Positions 50,640-62,735 of a stretch of 64,000 nucleotides of DNA are shown piece by piece (the stretch's first letter is position 1; the number at the start of each line of letters is the position of its first letter). The translations under genes and the position numbers were made by a program. Origin of the DNA: Narcine bancroftii (lineage: Eukaryota). The notes under the pieces were generated by a model that ran no database searches, was not told where the DNA came from, and worked only from the letters and a program-made list of their open reading frames with translations. The DNA is taken from positions 94,178,001 to 94,242,000 of the forward strand of contig NC_091475.1 of NCBI RefSeq assembly GCF_036971445.1, read 5' to 3'.

Positions 50640-51315
50640 CCAGACTTGTGTTTTATGTGAGGTATAGAGGTTGGAAGATTTATTCATCCACCTGGCTATG
50701 CGTAAGATCCTTTTGATATGATTTGACAGAAATTTTGACAAAAATTATTGAAGCGGATTTTCCATTGGAACCAGAACTGTATTTATTGAGGAATCTTAGG
50801 GTTATTGGCACAAAACTATCAAAATATCAAAAACAGTTCACTAGCAGTAGCCAGAAGATGTACCGCTGTTGCATGGAAGTCCAACTCCCCCCCCCCCCCC
50901 CCCCCCCCCGCACATCCGCACATTATTACTTGCTGGAATGTGGAAATACAAAGTTGTGCCCCCTGGGGAAAAAAAACATAATCTTAGAAAAAAAAATAAC
51001 GTGTTTGTTAAAATATGGCAATTTATTTGAATCGTACTGACTTGAGGATATAATTAACTGCCCCCAAAAGGTTTAAATAATATAGTTAGGTTAATAGCAT
51101 TGAATTCCTGAAGATCAAGATATGGACTAATTAATGAAGGCAGCTCAAACACCCCTTCTTTATTGGACTGTTGTTATTTTTTTAGTTAGCAGTTTGGGGG
51201 TGAGATTTGGCCAATTATATGAGACTCTATATTTTCAAAATACTATTTATATGATGTATGCAATAATATTCTATGAGTCTTGGAAAAATTAAAATAAAAT
51301 ATTAAAAAGGAACAA
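50640..51315 (+). mobile_element. L1 3' fragment (ORF2 C-terminus and 3'UTR)
   Basis: LTEILTKII..FPLEPELYLL, A.KCTAVAWK-like stretch. Ends aaataaaatattaaaaa. Confidence 0.7.
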
Positions 51316-51629
51316 AAGCATTACTTTCAAAAAGCATGAAATATGAGATAACATTCAATATATACACAATCCTTTTCTGTGTCCCTTACATTTAGGTTTT
51401 GTTTTGCTGACTGTTTATCTGCTGTGAATGATTATCACTCTGCACTGCTTTCCCTGCTGGGAGCATAGTATGTGTTGTTTAATTAGTTCCTGAAAAATAA
51501 ATGGATAGAACTAGAAATTCTAACATAATACTACATCTTTATTCATGGCACAATTGAATTTTAAATATAACCTGTCTACTAAGCTTGATTAGGTTCTCCA
51601 TATAGACAAATCATACTTCAAGAAACATC

Positions 51630-51975
51630 CAGGACAGATCATATTATCTTTTATATTGTGTATAGATTTGCTTTTGGAAGATGATTTGTGGGTTTTTTAG
51701 TGTAGGATATACACAGATACAAACACTTCAAAACAGATCTCATTTAAAATGCCAGAGCCTTTCTCAATCCAGACTGTCCAGTCTCCAAGTGCCTTTGGAA
51801 AAAACTTTGAAGAATGCCTATAAGGACTTCACAAGTAGGTGTTAATTGGACATGCTGTGGAGTAATAGATTATTGTTTTGGAAAGCAACAGATGAACGGA
51901 CTGGAAGATTAGGTCTGGTGTCGCAGTCTGTTTGAATACAGTTTGCTGTTCTAAGAGGGTCATGTGTTTTTTTTT

Positions 51976-52017
<42 letters not shown>

Positions 52018-52652
52018 TTCAGTTCTACAGTTCTGGAACATGACAAGCTGGCAAGCATGTGGAAAAACCCCATTTGGAAGATGGGCTCTGAGTTCTGAGT
52101 TCAGTCTGTTCAAAGCCCTTGTGGTCCATACAAGAGGAGATGGCTGGCTGTATAATGTTACACTTGAAATAAGGGAAACAGAAAGGGAACTCTGTGGTGA
52201 CCTGAAATAGGTTATCATCTGGAAAACCCTGATAGGGCAAGTTTCTTCGGCAAGACACTGAAGTGGCTGATTGGAAGGAATCAGTTTGTGTCCAGAAAAC
52301 AACAAATCTCTCTCTCTGAAACCTGACAAGAACCTTCCTGAGCAGCAACTATTTACCTTTCATAAATGTTAAATTCTGTGCACAGTATAAGAATTGCCCG
52401 ATACCAGTGAACTTGGAGTAGTGAGGAGTGAGATTGGATTGTGAATCAAAAAACTTTTCTGAACTTACACACACATTACATACATGTGAGCTTTGAATTA
52501 AAAGGATGTTAAGTTAATAGTAATAAGTTAAAGTTTGATCCTGTTTTCATGTTTAAAGAAAATAAAAGTAACATTTGTTGAAGTAACCATTTGTCTTGGT
52601 AAATTTCTATTGCTGCTGGGGTTTGGTGCTGCGGTCCTCTGGGCTCATAATA
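51630..52652 (+). mobile_element. Solo LTR-like element (~1 kb) with internal (AG)n at 51978-52014
   Basis: Homologous to 1500-2258 and to the minus-strand copies at 1-258 and 35776-36018. Confidence 0.7.
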
Positions 52653-52654
52653 TT

Positions 52655-53180
52655 CTCTATAGGTATTTGCACAATCATGGGCTAATGGCTTTGTGTGTGG
52701 TAGGTCATGTTCAATAAATCTAGTAGAGTTTGAGGAGGTTACCAAGAAGGTAGACGAAGGAAAAACTGTGAATGTTGTCCACATGGACTTTAGTAAAGCC
52801 TTTGACAAGATTCCACATGAAAGATTGTGAACTGGATTTGTAATTGGCTGTGTGGGAGAAAACAGAGTGGTAGTGGATGGTTGCTTCTCAGACTGGAGGC
52901 CTGTGACTAGTGGTGTGCCTCAGGGATCTGTACTGGGACCATTGTGTTTGTTGTATTTATCATTGATCTGGATGATAATGGGGTAAATTGGATCAGCACA
53001 TTTGCTGATGATGCAAAGATAGGAGGCGCTGTGGACAGTGAAAAAGATTTTTCAAAGCTTACAGAGGGACCTGGACCAACTGAGAGAATGGGCCAAAAAA
53101 ATGGCAGATGGAGTTTAATACAGACAAGAGTGAGGTGATGCATTTTGGAAGGGCAAACTAAGGTAAATACAGGGGCATAG
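52655..53180 (+). mobile_element. CR1 RT fragment
   Basis: MDFSKAFDKIPH, VTSGVPQGSVLGP, FADDAKIGG. Confidence 0.88.
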
Positions 53181-53193
53181 CCAAGTTTAAACA

Positions 53194-53349
53194 NNNNNNN
53201 NNNNNNNNNNNNNNNNNNNNNNNNNNNNNNNNNNNNNNNNNNNNNNNNNNNNNNNNNNNNNNNNNNNNNNNNNNNNNNNNNNNNNNNNNNNNNNNNNNNN
53301 NNNNNNNNNNNNNNNNNNNNNNNNNNNNNNNNNNNNNNNNNNNNNNNNN
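53194..53349. other. Assembly gap (156 N)
   Basis: Run of n. Confidence 0.99.
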
Positions 53350-56300
53350 CATTCCTCCTGCCCCCCCCCCCCAAAAATAGCACGAGATATTGCATATTGT
53401 TTATTCTGTTTACAAGCTGACTCCATGATTAGGTGTTGAACAAGGAGAAAAGCTGCTTCCAAATCATCAAAAGGTACAATGAATAGTATTGCCGTTTCAC
53501 TGCAACCAACTCAAAAACAGTTCTACACAAATTTTCGAGCTTCAGAATTAATTGTTCCAGTTTAGAAACACTACTACTTAAAATAAAACTATTTATTCTC
53601 ACTTCTGATTAAATGTTTCTAGATGCTGAAGGGAAAAGATCAAGAAGTCCTAGTGCAACTGCAGAGATTCGCAGACATAATCCAACAGGGTTTTCAGGAA
53701 TGAAGTAAGGGAATATTTCCTCAGATAGAGAACAATGGGCATTTGAGACTCCCTTCCATCCGATTTTAAACAGAAAAAAACCCAACTCTAAATATAATAT
53801 TAATGATAAGAGATACGAATGAAAATTTTAAAAATGCATTAATTTAGTGCAATTTTAAGCAAAAACTGGAATTTCCCCATGAAAAGTCACCAATAAGAGA
53901 TGAAGAGCAAATTGCAGGAACATAACTAATGGCAGATTGAGAATCTCCTACTGGCTAGGGAAGTGAGGAAGGAGGGAATGGAAATAACTAATCTGACAAC
54001 ATGACGGTACATGTCTCAACTCTGTCAGCTTCTTAAACTGAAGTTGAAATAATAAAACGATACAGGGTTTGCAAGGAATTCCCTTTGTACATTTCATTAT
54101 ACTCCTGAAAGCCTGCCCATATTGATAGAATGAACAACAATGTTGCCTTGAATTAAAATAAAATACTGTATAGGTTTGCATTTTTTATCATAAAAATGCA
54201 AAAAGGCATTATATCCTCTTGGGAAATGTCATGCGGCTTAGTGACGGATCGCAGGGAAGCCATGAAAAAAAAATGGACACTTTTCCAATACAACATCAGA
54301 GAAAATCTTTGGTCTTAATGTTCAAAAGGGAGTTAAATCCACCACTATGCAGTTAATAAATCACCTTACAAATAGAATCAAATCCACCTCACCTAAGAAT
54401 GGACTTTTATGAAATGTACTATTCATTCTCATGTTTTTAAATTAAAAATTAAAAAAAAAAATCCAAGGCCACATTCAATTATTGGATATATAAAATAAAA
54501 ACTGCAAATAACCATCCCAGTGCATGGCACACACAAAAGACTGTCAAAATGATCATTTACTAATGAACTCCACTATTGCAGTGAACTGGAATTCACTGTC
54601 TGTGTGTTGTTCAGATGGCTGGCTCCTCCCATGGCTCTACCCTCACCTACCCCAATATAAACCCTGGTTTTCCCGCCTTACCTCAGATTCACCTGAGGAC
54701 TATTTTGTCTACCAGCCATTGATTGTAAGTTATTAAAAGCTTGTTTGTACTCCTCACTTGTCCCTGAGTGCAAGCAGTTGTGTTACAATTTTAATAGCTT
54801 AATTTTGAAGCAGGATGGAAGCCAGGCATGCTCCTGGTTGACCCTCTGTCCCCTGAGGCCCTGGAGGAATTCACCTCTTGGCTGGAGTGCTTCCAGTCCA
54901 CCTGACAGCCACACAAGATGTCTTCAACTCCAATAGTCTCTGGAGATCTGCACTTCACTCACGAGTCGTCCCCAAGTGGTTTGCTGTCATCAAAGACTGT
55001 GTTCCTTATGAGTCGGCCATAGAAGACTGAAGGCCCACTACATGAGGCTCCAGAACAATGTGCTGGTGAGGTACCAGCTCTCTCAATGTTGGCAGTGTTC
55101 GGGTGAGATGCTGGACAATTATGTCCTTGAACTGTGGGCCCTGAATAGAAAATGCCACTATAAAGCAGTCACAGCCCGGGTGAGAGAGGAGGAACAAATC
55201 CAGGACACCCTCGTGGCAGGAGTGAGGTTGATGTAAATGAGGCAGTGACTGCTAGATTTGGGGAATAAAGACTTGACCAGCATCCTGGAGCTGGCAAAAG
55301 TACATGAACAGGCCCAACTGGTAGCTGACGACCTCGCAGGCAAATGTAGCGCCTTTTAAGAGGATCAGGTCAATGAGGCACCAGTGACCCCTGCAGCTCC
55401 AGCCACGCATGACCAGGGTTGCTACTTCTGTGGACGGGCAGAGAATCCCAGCACCCAATCCCCCACAAAGGATGCTGTGTGCTCAGGATGCATTAAGCAA
55501 GGACACTGGGTGAAGGTCTGGAATCCAAAGATGGTGAGTGCATATGCAACCCAAGAATTGTCATTTGACTCGTGCCTGAGTCCTGAAATGCCGGCCTCAG
55601 TCTCTCCGTGCTGCTCTCTGCCAGCATCTTGCTGCGCCTCATGGCAAGACCCACCACCGGAAGTAAAGCATCGCAGGAAGCAATGGTATCCATTTTGCCT
55701 AGAAGTCATCACCACATAGTCCTCCTTTGGATCAAGATGAAAGTCAGCCATCTTATTGCACCTCGAGATCGACACCATCTTGTCTGCCTGTGGACCATGA
55801 GGAGAGTGTAGATATCAGCATGGGGAAAAATGGGGTTTCCGGAGCACTAGCATCAGTCATCCTGAATCAGGCAATACCTCGCCAATTGAATAACTCGACA
55901 ATAGAGGTGAGGGTAAATGGACACTTCACTGATTGCTTGGTTGACACTGGCTCCAATGAGAGCTTTATAAACTCTGTGACGGCTCTGTGGTACAACTTAA
56001 AAATGTACCCGACAGACTATGATATTTTCCCAGCTTCACATCCAAGGATATTGTTAGTACATCTAACTGTAAAAGAGGGGGGAGGGGGAGTTATGTAAGT
56101 TCCGATTGTATGTACTGAAGGATTTGTGTGCTCCTATGTTGCTGGGCCTGGACTTTTTGTGTCACATTAAAAGCATGATCAATAGTCTGGCCCACTCCCT
56201 CCAATCACAGTGCAGAATGGAAGGTCCCAAAAGCTGGACTCCACATGTGATCTCTCCACCATAATTATTGATCCCCCCCCCCGCACTGTTTCCAAATCAG

Positions 56301-58035
56301 ACTCCCGATTGCAAACCAATAGCTACAAAGAGCAGGCAATACAGTATGGGCATCAAGAATTTATCACAGCCAAGACATAGTGGCTGATCAAAGAAAATAT
56401 CATTGAACCTACCAAGAGCCTGTATGGAGTCCAGGTTGTAGACATGAAAGTGGAAGAAAGGTCCAGACTAGTGATTGACTATAGCCAAACAATTAATCAT
56501 TTCACACTCCTGGATGCATACCCCTCCCTTGAATTTTGGACATGATAAATGAAATTGCGCTATATTGGGTCTATTCGACCATTGACCTTAAAGCTTCATA
56601 CCATCTGTTCCAACGACCGTCCATACACAGCATTTGAGGCAGATGGATGGCTCTATTAGTTTTGGAGGGTTCCTTTTGATATCATTAATGGGGTCTCAGT
56701 CTTCCAGAGACAGATGCACAAAATAGTCAACGAATGCAGATTGAAGGCCACCTTCCCATATCTCAACAATGTCACCATTTGTGGACACTCTCTGGAAAAC
56801 CACGACACCAACCTCCAGAGGTTTCTTCACATGGCCAAGGCCCTGAATCTCACATACAACTTGAGTATGTGCATGTTCCAGACTAAATGTCTGGTGATTC
56901 TGGGCTAGGTGGTGGAGAATGGCATCATTTGCCCTGATCCCGATCAAGTATGCTGCCTGTTAGACCTCCTGATCCCGAAGACCATGAAAGCCTAAAGGAG
57001 GCTCCTGGGCTTCTTTTCTTACTATCCCTCACTATGCGGATAAAGTCCACACCCCTCTTAAAATCTATCTCCTTCTCATTATTGGCTGAAACCCAAGTAC
57101 CTTTCGATGATGTTCAGAGCTACATCGCAAAAGCCACCATGCATGCGGTGGACGAGAATGCACCCTTCTAGGTGAAAAGCGATGCCTCTGACATAGCTCT
57201 GGCCACTACCCTTAACCAGGCAGGCAGGCCTGTTGCCTTTTTATCCCGCACTCTACAAAGCCAAGAATTTCGGAACCCATCTGTGGAGAAAGAGGCTCAA
57301 GCCATTGTAGAGGCTATCAGGCACAGGAGGCCTTACCTGGCTGGCAGAAAATTTACATCGACTAGAGATCGGTGGCATTTATGTTTAATAATGCAAAAAG
57401 AGGCAAAATAAAAAAATGACAAGATCGCCAGATGGAGGATACAACATAGCATACAGGCCAGGTACTCACAATGAACCTCCAGATGCCCTGTCAAAAGGAA
57501 GCTGTGTCTCTCCACATACCATGATGAGGTTTGCCACCTAGGCATCACCCGCATGGCTCATTTTGTCAAGGCACTTAACTGGCCCTACTCCATTAAGGAT
57601 ATAAGGGAAATGACAAGGTCCTGTCTGGTCTGTGTGGAGTGCAAACTGCACTTCTACTGCCCTGACAAAGCACACCAATAAAGGCAACCTGCCAAAACAT
57701 GACCACCACCATGGTCATAAGGGCCTTGCACTCTTTTTTCACCCTGTTTAGGTATCCCAGCTATATCCATAGTGACCAGGGCTCATCATTTATGAGTGAA
57801 GAGCTATGCCAGTACCTGCTCATAAGAGGCATTGCCTCAAGCAGGACGACTAGCTACAATCCCCTGGGAAATCGACAAGTTGAAAAAGAGAACACGACTG
57901 TATAGAAGGGTATGAAATCAGCTCTCTGGTCAAAAGGCCTTCCAAACTCACACTGGGAAGTAGTCCTACCCACGGCGCTCCACTCCATAAGTTTGCTCCT
58001 CTGCACAGCGACCAACACAACTCCTCACAAATATA

Positions 58036-58420
58036 CAGTGCTCTCAATAATGTTTGGAGCAAAGACAGTTTTTTTCCCTTTCTTTGGCCCTGTGCTCCAT
58101 TGTTGTAAATTTGCAATCAAATATTTCACATGTAATTAAAGTGCACATTCCAGATTTTATTCAAGGATATTTGTACACACATTGGTTTGACCATGTAGTA
58201 ATTACAGCACTTTTTATACATCGTCCTCTCATTTCAGGGCACCATACTGTTTAGAACATTTGGCTTCACAGGTGCTTGTGAGTACTCGGGTATATTTAAT
58301 TGCTTAATTGGTGCAGATGTAGGCTGGCTTCTAAACTTTTGATCACCTTTGAAGTCTGTAGTTACTGTTTTTCAACATGAGGACCAGTTGTGCTAAAGTC
58401 TATCAAATAAACCATTATGG
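58036..58420 (+). mobile_element. Tc1-like left end (IR/DR and transposase start) inside the Gypsy integrase
   Basis: TA-CAGTGCTCTCAATAATGTTTGG, an inner repeat cagggcaccatactgtttaga at 58235, then ATGAGGACC. Confidence 0.65.
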
Positions 58421-58671
58421 GCATCCCGGGTACGAGAATTGCTGGATAAAGTATGGGCTGTGGGGGAGCATGAACACCGGCGTCCCGAAGAGGTCGGGGT
58501 GCCGGCGTTGGGAGTCCAGACCCACAGCCGTTCAGCCAAAGGCCCTACAATGACTGAGGAAGAAGAGGAACATACCTTATTGGAATTCATCCAGGAGGAG
58601 GAGCTTGCAGTTAAAGGAGGTGGATCTCAAAAAGTGAAAGTGGAATCTGGAATGGATTCAGTAAATCAGTG

Positions 58672-58743
58672 AACCGGTGCGGACTCGAAAGGCCAACATG
58701 GCCTGTTTCCACTCCGTAAATGGTTATATGGTTATATGGTTAT
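58672..58743 (+). mobile_element. CR1-type 3' tail with (ATGGTTAT)x3
   Basis: gcggactcgaaaggccaacatggcctgtttcc..aaatggttatatggttatatggttat. Confidence 0.7.
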
Positions 58744-59769
58744 ATATGTTTGCGTTCAAGAGGAAATCCATGTCTGGGATTACTCTTCTGGTTCAGCTAA
58801 TGGCACCAGGGCCAGTCCTGGTAGGAAAGGATGTAAGGAGGAGCAAGACAAATGCTCTGATCAAGAAGGTGCACCTGCTGCACGCCAACCCAATGTATTC
58901 CTATGTGGTATACCTTGATGACAGAGAGGACACCATCTCAATCAGAGACCTGGCACCTGCCGGAGCTGAGGATACAATATCTCAAATGGCCCAGGAACCT
59001 CCTAGTACCCCACCCAGGGTTCCGGTTGACACTGCTTGGGAAGTAGGTCAATCCACTCTGCACCCAAAGCCATAGCCCTCGAGACCATAGGGGGTGCAGG
59101 AAGTTCAGGAAGCCCAAAGTCCTCCAGTACTGAGGTGCTCAACCAGAATAACTACACCCCCTGACAGATTTGTAAACTATTTTTTTTAATGAATGGTCTC
59201 TGTTTTTCACCCACAGGCTCTATTCTGAAGGAAGGGGGAAACACAGTGAACTGGAATTCACTCTCTATATATTGTTCAGGAGGCTGGCTCCACCTTCCCC
59301 TAGCCAAATATAAACCCTGGTTTTCCCGCCTTACCTCAAATTCACCTGAGGACTATTGTATCTACCGGCTGTTGATTGTAAGCTATTAAAAACATGTTTG
59401 TACTCCTAACTTGTCTCTGAGTGAAATCAATTGTGTTACAACTATGGACCTACCGGTTTGTTGTCTTTTTTTGCAGAAGAGTTGAGTAGAGTAGTTGTGT
59501 ATTCCTTTTGGTGTTTGTTGCCTGTGGTTTGAAATCGAGCTCCAGTGTAGACCAAGGGGAGGGTTCGGAGTCGGGTATCAAGAGCTCCGGTATAGGCTGA
59601 GGGGAAGGTTTAGAATCAGGACTCTGGTGTTGGGAGCTTTGGGATAGGCAGAGAGATTCAGTGGCACCTGTTCTTGAACTGTGAGACCATGGCATCTGTT
59701 CAAAAATATATGGTGTGGGAGGGCCATGTGGTTGGCACTGCTGGGCTGAAAAGGAGGGGCTGCTCCTGA

Positions 59770-60340
59770 GTAAACAATAGTGCACTGAAGAGTGTAGAGG
59801 AGCAGTAAGATCTGGGAATACAGATTTGTTGTTCCCTAAAGGAGGTGTCGCATGTGGTCTGGGTTGTAATGAAAGCTTTTGGCATCCTAGCCTATATAAA
59901 TCAAAGTATTGAGTATAGGAGTTGGGATGTTATGTTGAAGTTGTTTAAGACATTGGTGAGGCCAAATTTGGAATATTATGCAGTTCTGGTTGTCTAACTG
60001 CAGAAATGATACCATTAAGATTGAAAGAGTGCAGAGAAGATTTACTAGGATGTTGCTGGGTCTTCAGGAGTTGAGTTACAGGGAACGATTGAACAGGTCT
60101 GGACTTTATTCCTTGGAGCGAAGAAGAATAAGAGTAGATTTGATAGAGGTTTACAAGATTATTGTGAATGTGGTCTCATTATTGATTTTTCAGAATAGAT
60201 TGGATAGACACATGGCTGGGAGAGATCTGGAGAGTATGGAATGGGAGCAGATCAATGGGACTAGCAAAACAATGGCCTGCACAGACTAGAAAGGCTGAAT
60301 AGCCTGTTTTCTGTTTTATAGCATTCAATGGTTCTAGATT
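59770..60340 (+). mobile_element. CR1 3' fragment with internal deletion
   Basis: LFKTLVRPNLEY, IERVQRRFTRML, GLYSLERRR motifs, then the tail. Confidence 0.85.
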
Positions 60341-60929
60341 GAGAATGGTTGCCTTAGATCGAACTTCCCTGTAACCTACTCCATCTGCCAACTATCCTCA
60401 ATCTCTTTCCTATCTCATTCTCTCCACTAATGTAGACAGTCCATAACTTCCCCAAATCCAGTCTTTTAACCTGTCCCCCTGAGATGCTGTACCATACAGA
60501 TCTTTTTATTTCAAACTCTCAGTTCCCCAGTATTGACTGAGCATTTCACTCTTTCCCCAATATTTTATCACTCTGTTAATTCCTGAAGCCATCCTGTCAT
60601 GATGGAAGTGAGCACCCCATTCCCTGCACCCCCCAACAGTGTATGTGTGAATACAGTTTAATTTATGGGTTCCTTATGCTTACAATTTCTGTTTTCACAC
60701 ACAGAAGAAATTCTAACCATTACAGATGGATCAAAAAGCAAAGTAGGATGCATCTGGAGCAATCAGTTTGTACCTCTTCTGCCTTCTGTTTTTGTACAGC
60801 TTGTTCAAAAATTGACTAGAAAACTATAAAGCAAAAGAAAACGTATTCTTTTACTAATAATTTGTATGATCAGAAGTTTATTTTATGTATTTTGTAAAAT
60901 ATGTGATTAGAACAATCTTTTATCCAGGA

Positions 60930-61172
60930 TAGGGATGTCTAAAACTAACAGGCATAGATTTGAAGGGAGAGAGTAAAGATTTAAAGAGTAACTAAGGAAC
61001 ATCTTTTTCAAATAGAGGGTGGTGAGTATGTATAAGGAATAAGCTGTCAGAGGAGGGTATAATTACAATGTTTAAAAGGTATTTGGATAGGGATGTAACT
61101 AGCTCAGGTAGTCTTGGTTGTCATGGGCAAGTGAGTCAAAGAATTTATTTCATGCTGTATAACTTTATGTCT
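60930..61172 (+). mobile_element. CR1 3' fragment
   Basis: gtctaaaacta..ggcatagatttgaagg..tttttcaaatagagggtggtg..catgctgtataactttatg. Confidence 0.7.
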
Positions 61173-61429
61173 CTAATCCTTTGTTACCACAGTGAATTGT
61201 TATGATCTGAAATGCATCTGTAATTAAATAAATTCAGCTTGTAATCTGCAAGCATGAAGCAAGATATAAACTTGAAAAGGGGAAAACTGCAGAGGTTTTG
61301 GAAAAGAGGGAGATACATGAAATACCTTGGTACTTTTAAAAGCTACATCTGGCAGGAGGGACCAAATACACTGTGCTGTATAATTCTATGTGCAATTATG
61401 TAATTTCCCTTGGGCTGTTCATTATTATT

Positions 61430-61635
61430 TTTAAAATTTAGACATACTGCATATTAACATGCCCTTCTAGCCCATGCCACACAAATGCACCGATTAACCC
61501 ACTACATGCACACGTTCTTAGAGGGTAGGAGGAAACAGGAGCTCCTGGAGAAAACCTACACAAACATGGGGAGAATGTACAAATTCCTTATAGACACCGC
61601 CAGATTTGAACCCAGGTTACTGGCGCTGTAATTGT
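61430..61635 (-). mobile_element. V-SINE
   Basis: ggaggaaacaggagctcctggagaaaacc..ggggagaatgtacaaattccttatagac..gatttgaaccc (antisense V-domain and B-box). Confidence 0.82.
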
Positions 61636-62349
61636 TTATGTCAGGACAGAAAGACATAAGTGCCAAATATTGGGATTTTGTGATTTGTTGAGCAAAATAT
61701 TAAGGTTAAATTGCAGCATCGGTGTATGTTGGGAGCGGTTGAATCATCCAGAAAGTCTGTGGTAGCTACATCAGTCAAAAAATGGTAAGTCATCACCTTT
61801 CATGGGCTCAGGGATTTGGTCCATTGTTCTTGTTGTTTATATTTCATGAGCATTTTATCATGGAAGATTGTGAAGAATTGTTGTGGAATCAATTAGTAGA
61901 AAATGGTCTGCTAGGAAATGTTTGTAATGTATTCATGTTAATACCTGAAAATCATTGTTATTCAGAAGTTTGCTTCATGTGTTTAGCTAAAATAGATAGA
62001 GTTTCATTTGTGCAAGTGCTTATGTGCTGAACATAATTATGAGCTTTAAATATATGTAGAAACCATTGAATGAAATTAATTGAAACATCACTGAGGATTT
62101 CACATAGAATCCTAAGGAATGTTGGTAGTACCTAAACTGAAGTTTTAGTTTTGGAACAATTTCATTACTCTCCATTATAATTTAGGGCTTAAGAGCATAA
62201 TGGAATCTATGAGAGAGCTTTCTTCCAGTGATGATCAGTTTCTCACTGGCATTTTATGTCACAGTGGATTCAAAGCTGCTAAATTGTTTACCATTAATGG
62301 AAAACAAGCATAAAGTGGAATATAGTAATGATCACCCAGAAAAGTAATG

Positions 62350-62735
62350 CAGATTTCAGGTTTGCATACATGATATCACATAAAACCTGAGATTCCTTTT
62401 TTCCTGCGGACGTGGTTGAATTACCACAAAGAACTGTAAACAGATAACAAATGTAAACAAGCTGACTGTATAATACAGAGAGAACCAAAGAAAATTGATA
62501 AAGTGCGCAAGTAAGAGTCGTTAAATGAGTCTCTGATTGAATTTGTAATTGAGGAGTCTGATAGTGGAGGGGTAGCAACTGTTCCTTAACCTGCTGGTGT
62601 GAATCTTGTGGCACCCATACCTCTTTCCTCATGGCAGCAGCGAGAACAGTGTGTGTGCTGGGTGGTGTGGGTCTTTGATGGTTGCTGCTGCTCTCTGATG
62701 GCAGAGTTCCCTGTAGATGTAGTCAATAGTGGGTA
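62350..62735 (-). mobile_element. Rex1/Babar 3' end
   Basis: gtctgatagtggaggggtagcaactgttccttaacctgctggtg..ctgggtggtgtgggtctttgatg is antisense to the Rex1 tail at 3310-3410. Confidence 0.8.

Larger units (their letters stand above)
54577..59440 (+). mobile_element. Full-length decayed Gypsy LTR retrotransposon
   Basis: LTRs at 54577-54787 and 59242-59440; perfect TSD ACTAT (54572-54576, 59441-59445); PPT at 59227-59241. CYFCG..CSGC...GHW, LVDTGS, IDYSQTINHFT.LDAYPLP, YLNNVTICG, SDASDIAL, IHSDQGSSF. Confidence 0.93.

Noticed and set aside
51829-52348. ORFs with SLSLSL / ERERER repeats
   Set aside because: Translations of the (AG)n microsatellite inside an LTR.
52907-53462. ORFs spanning X runs
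   Set aside because: Created by the N gap and the antisense of a CR1 fragment.
60680-60760. Possible plus-strand exon after ttttcacacacag (EILTITDGSKSK)
   Set aside because: The donor (AAA|gtagga) is weak, the protein is unrecognisable, and no partner exons are visible.
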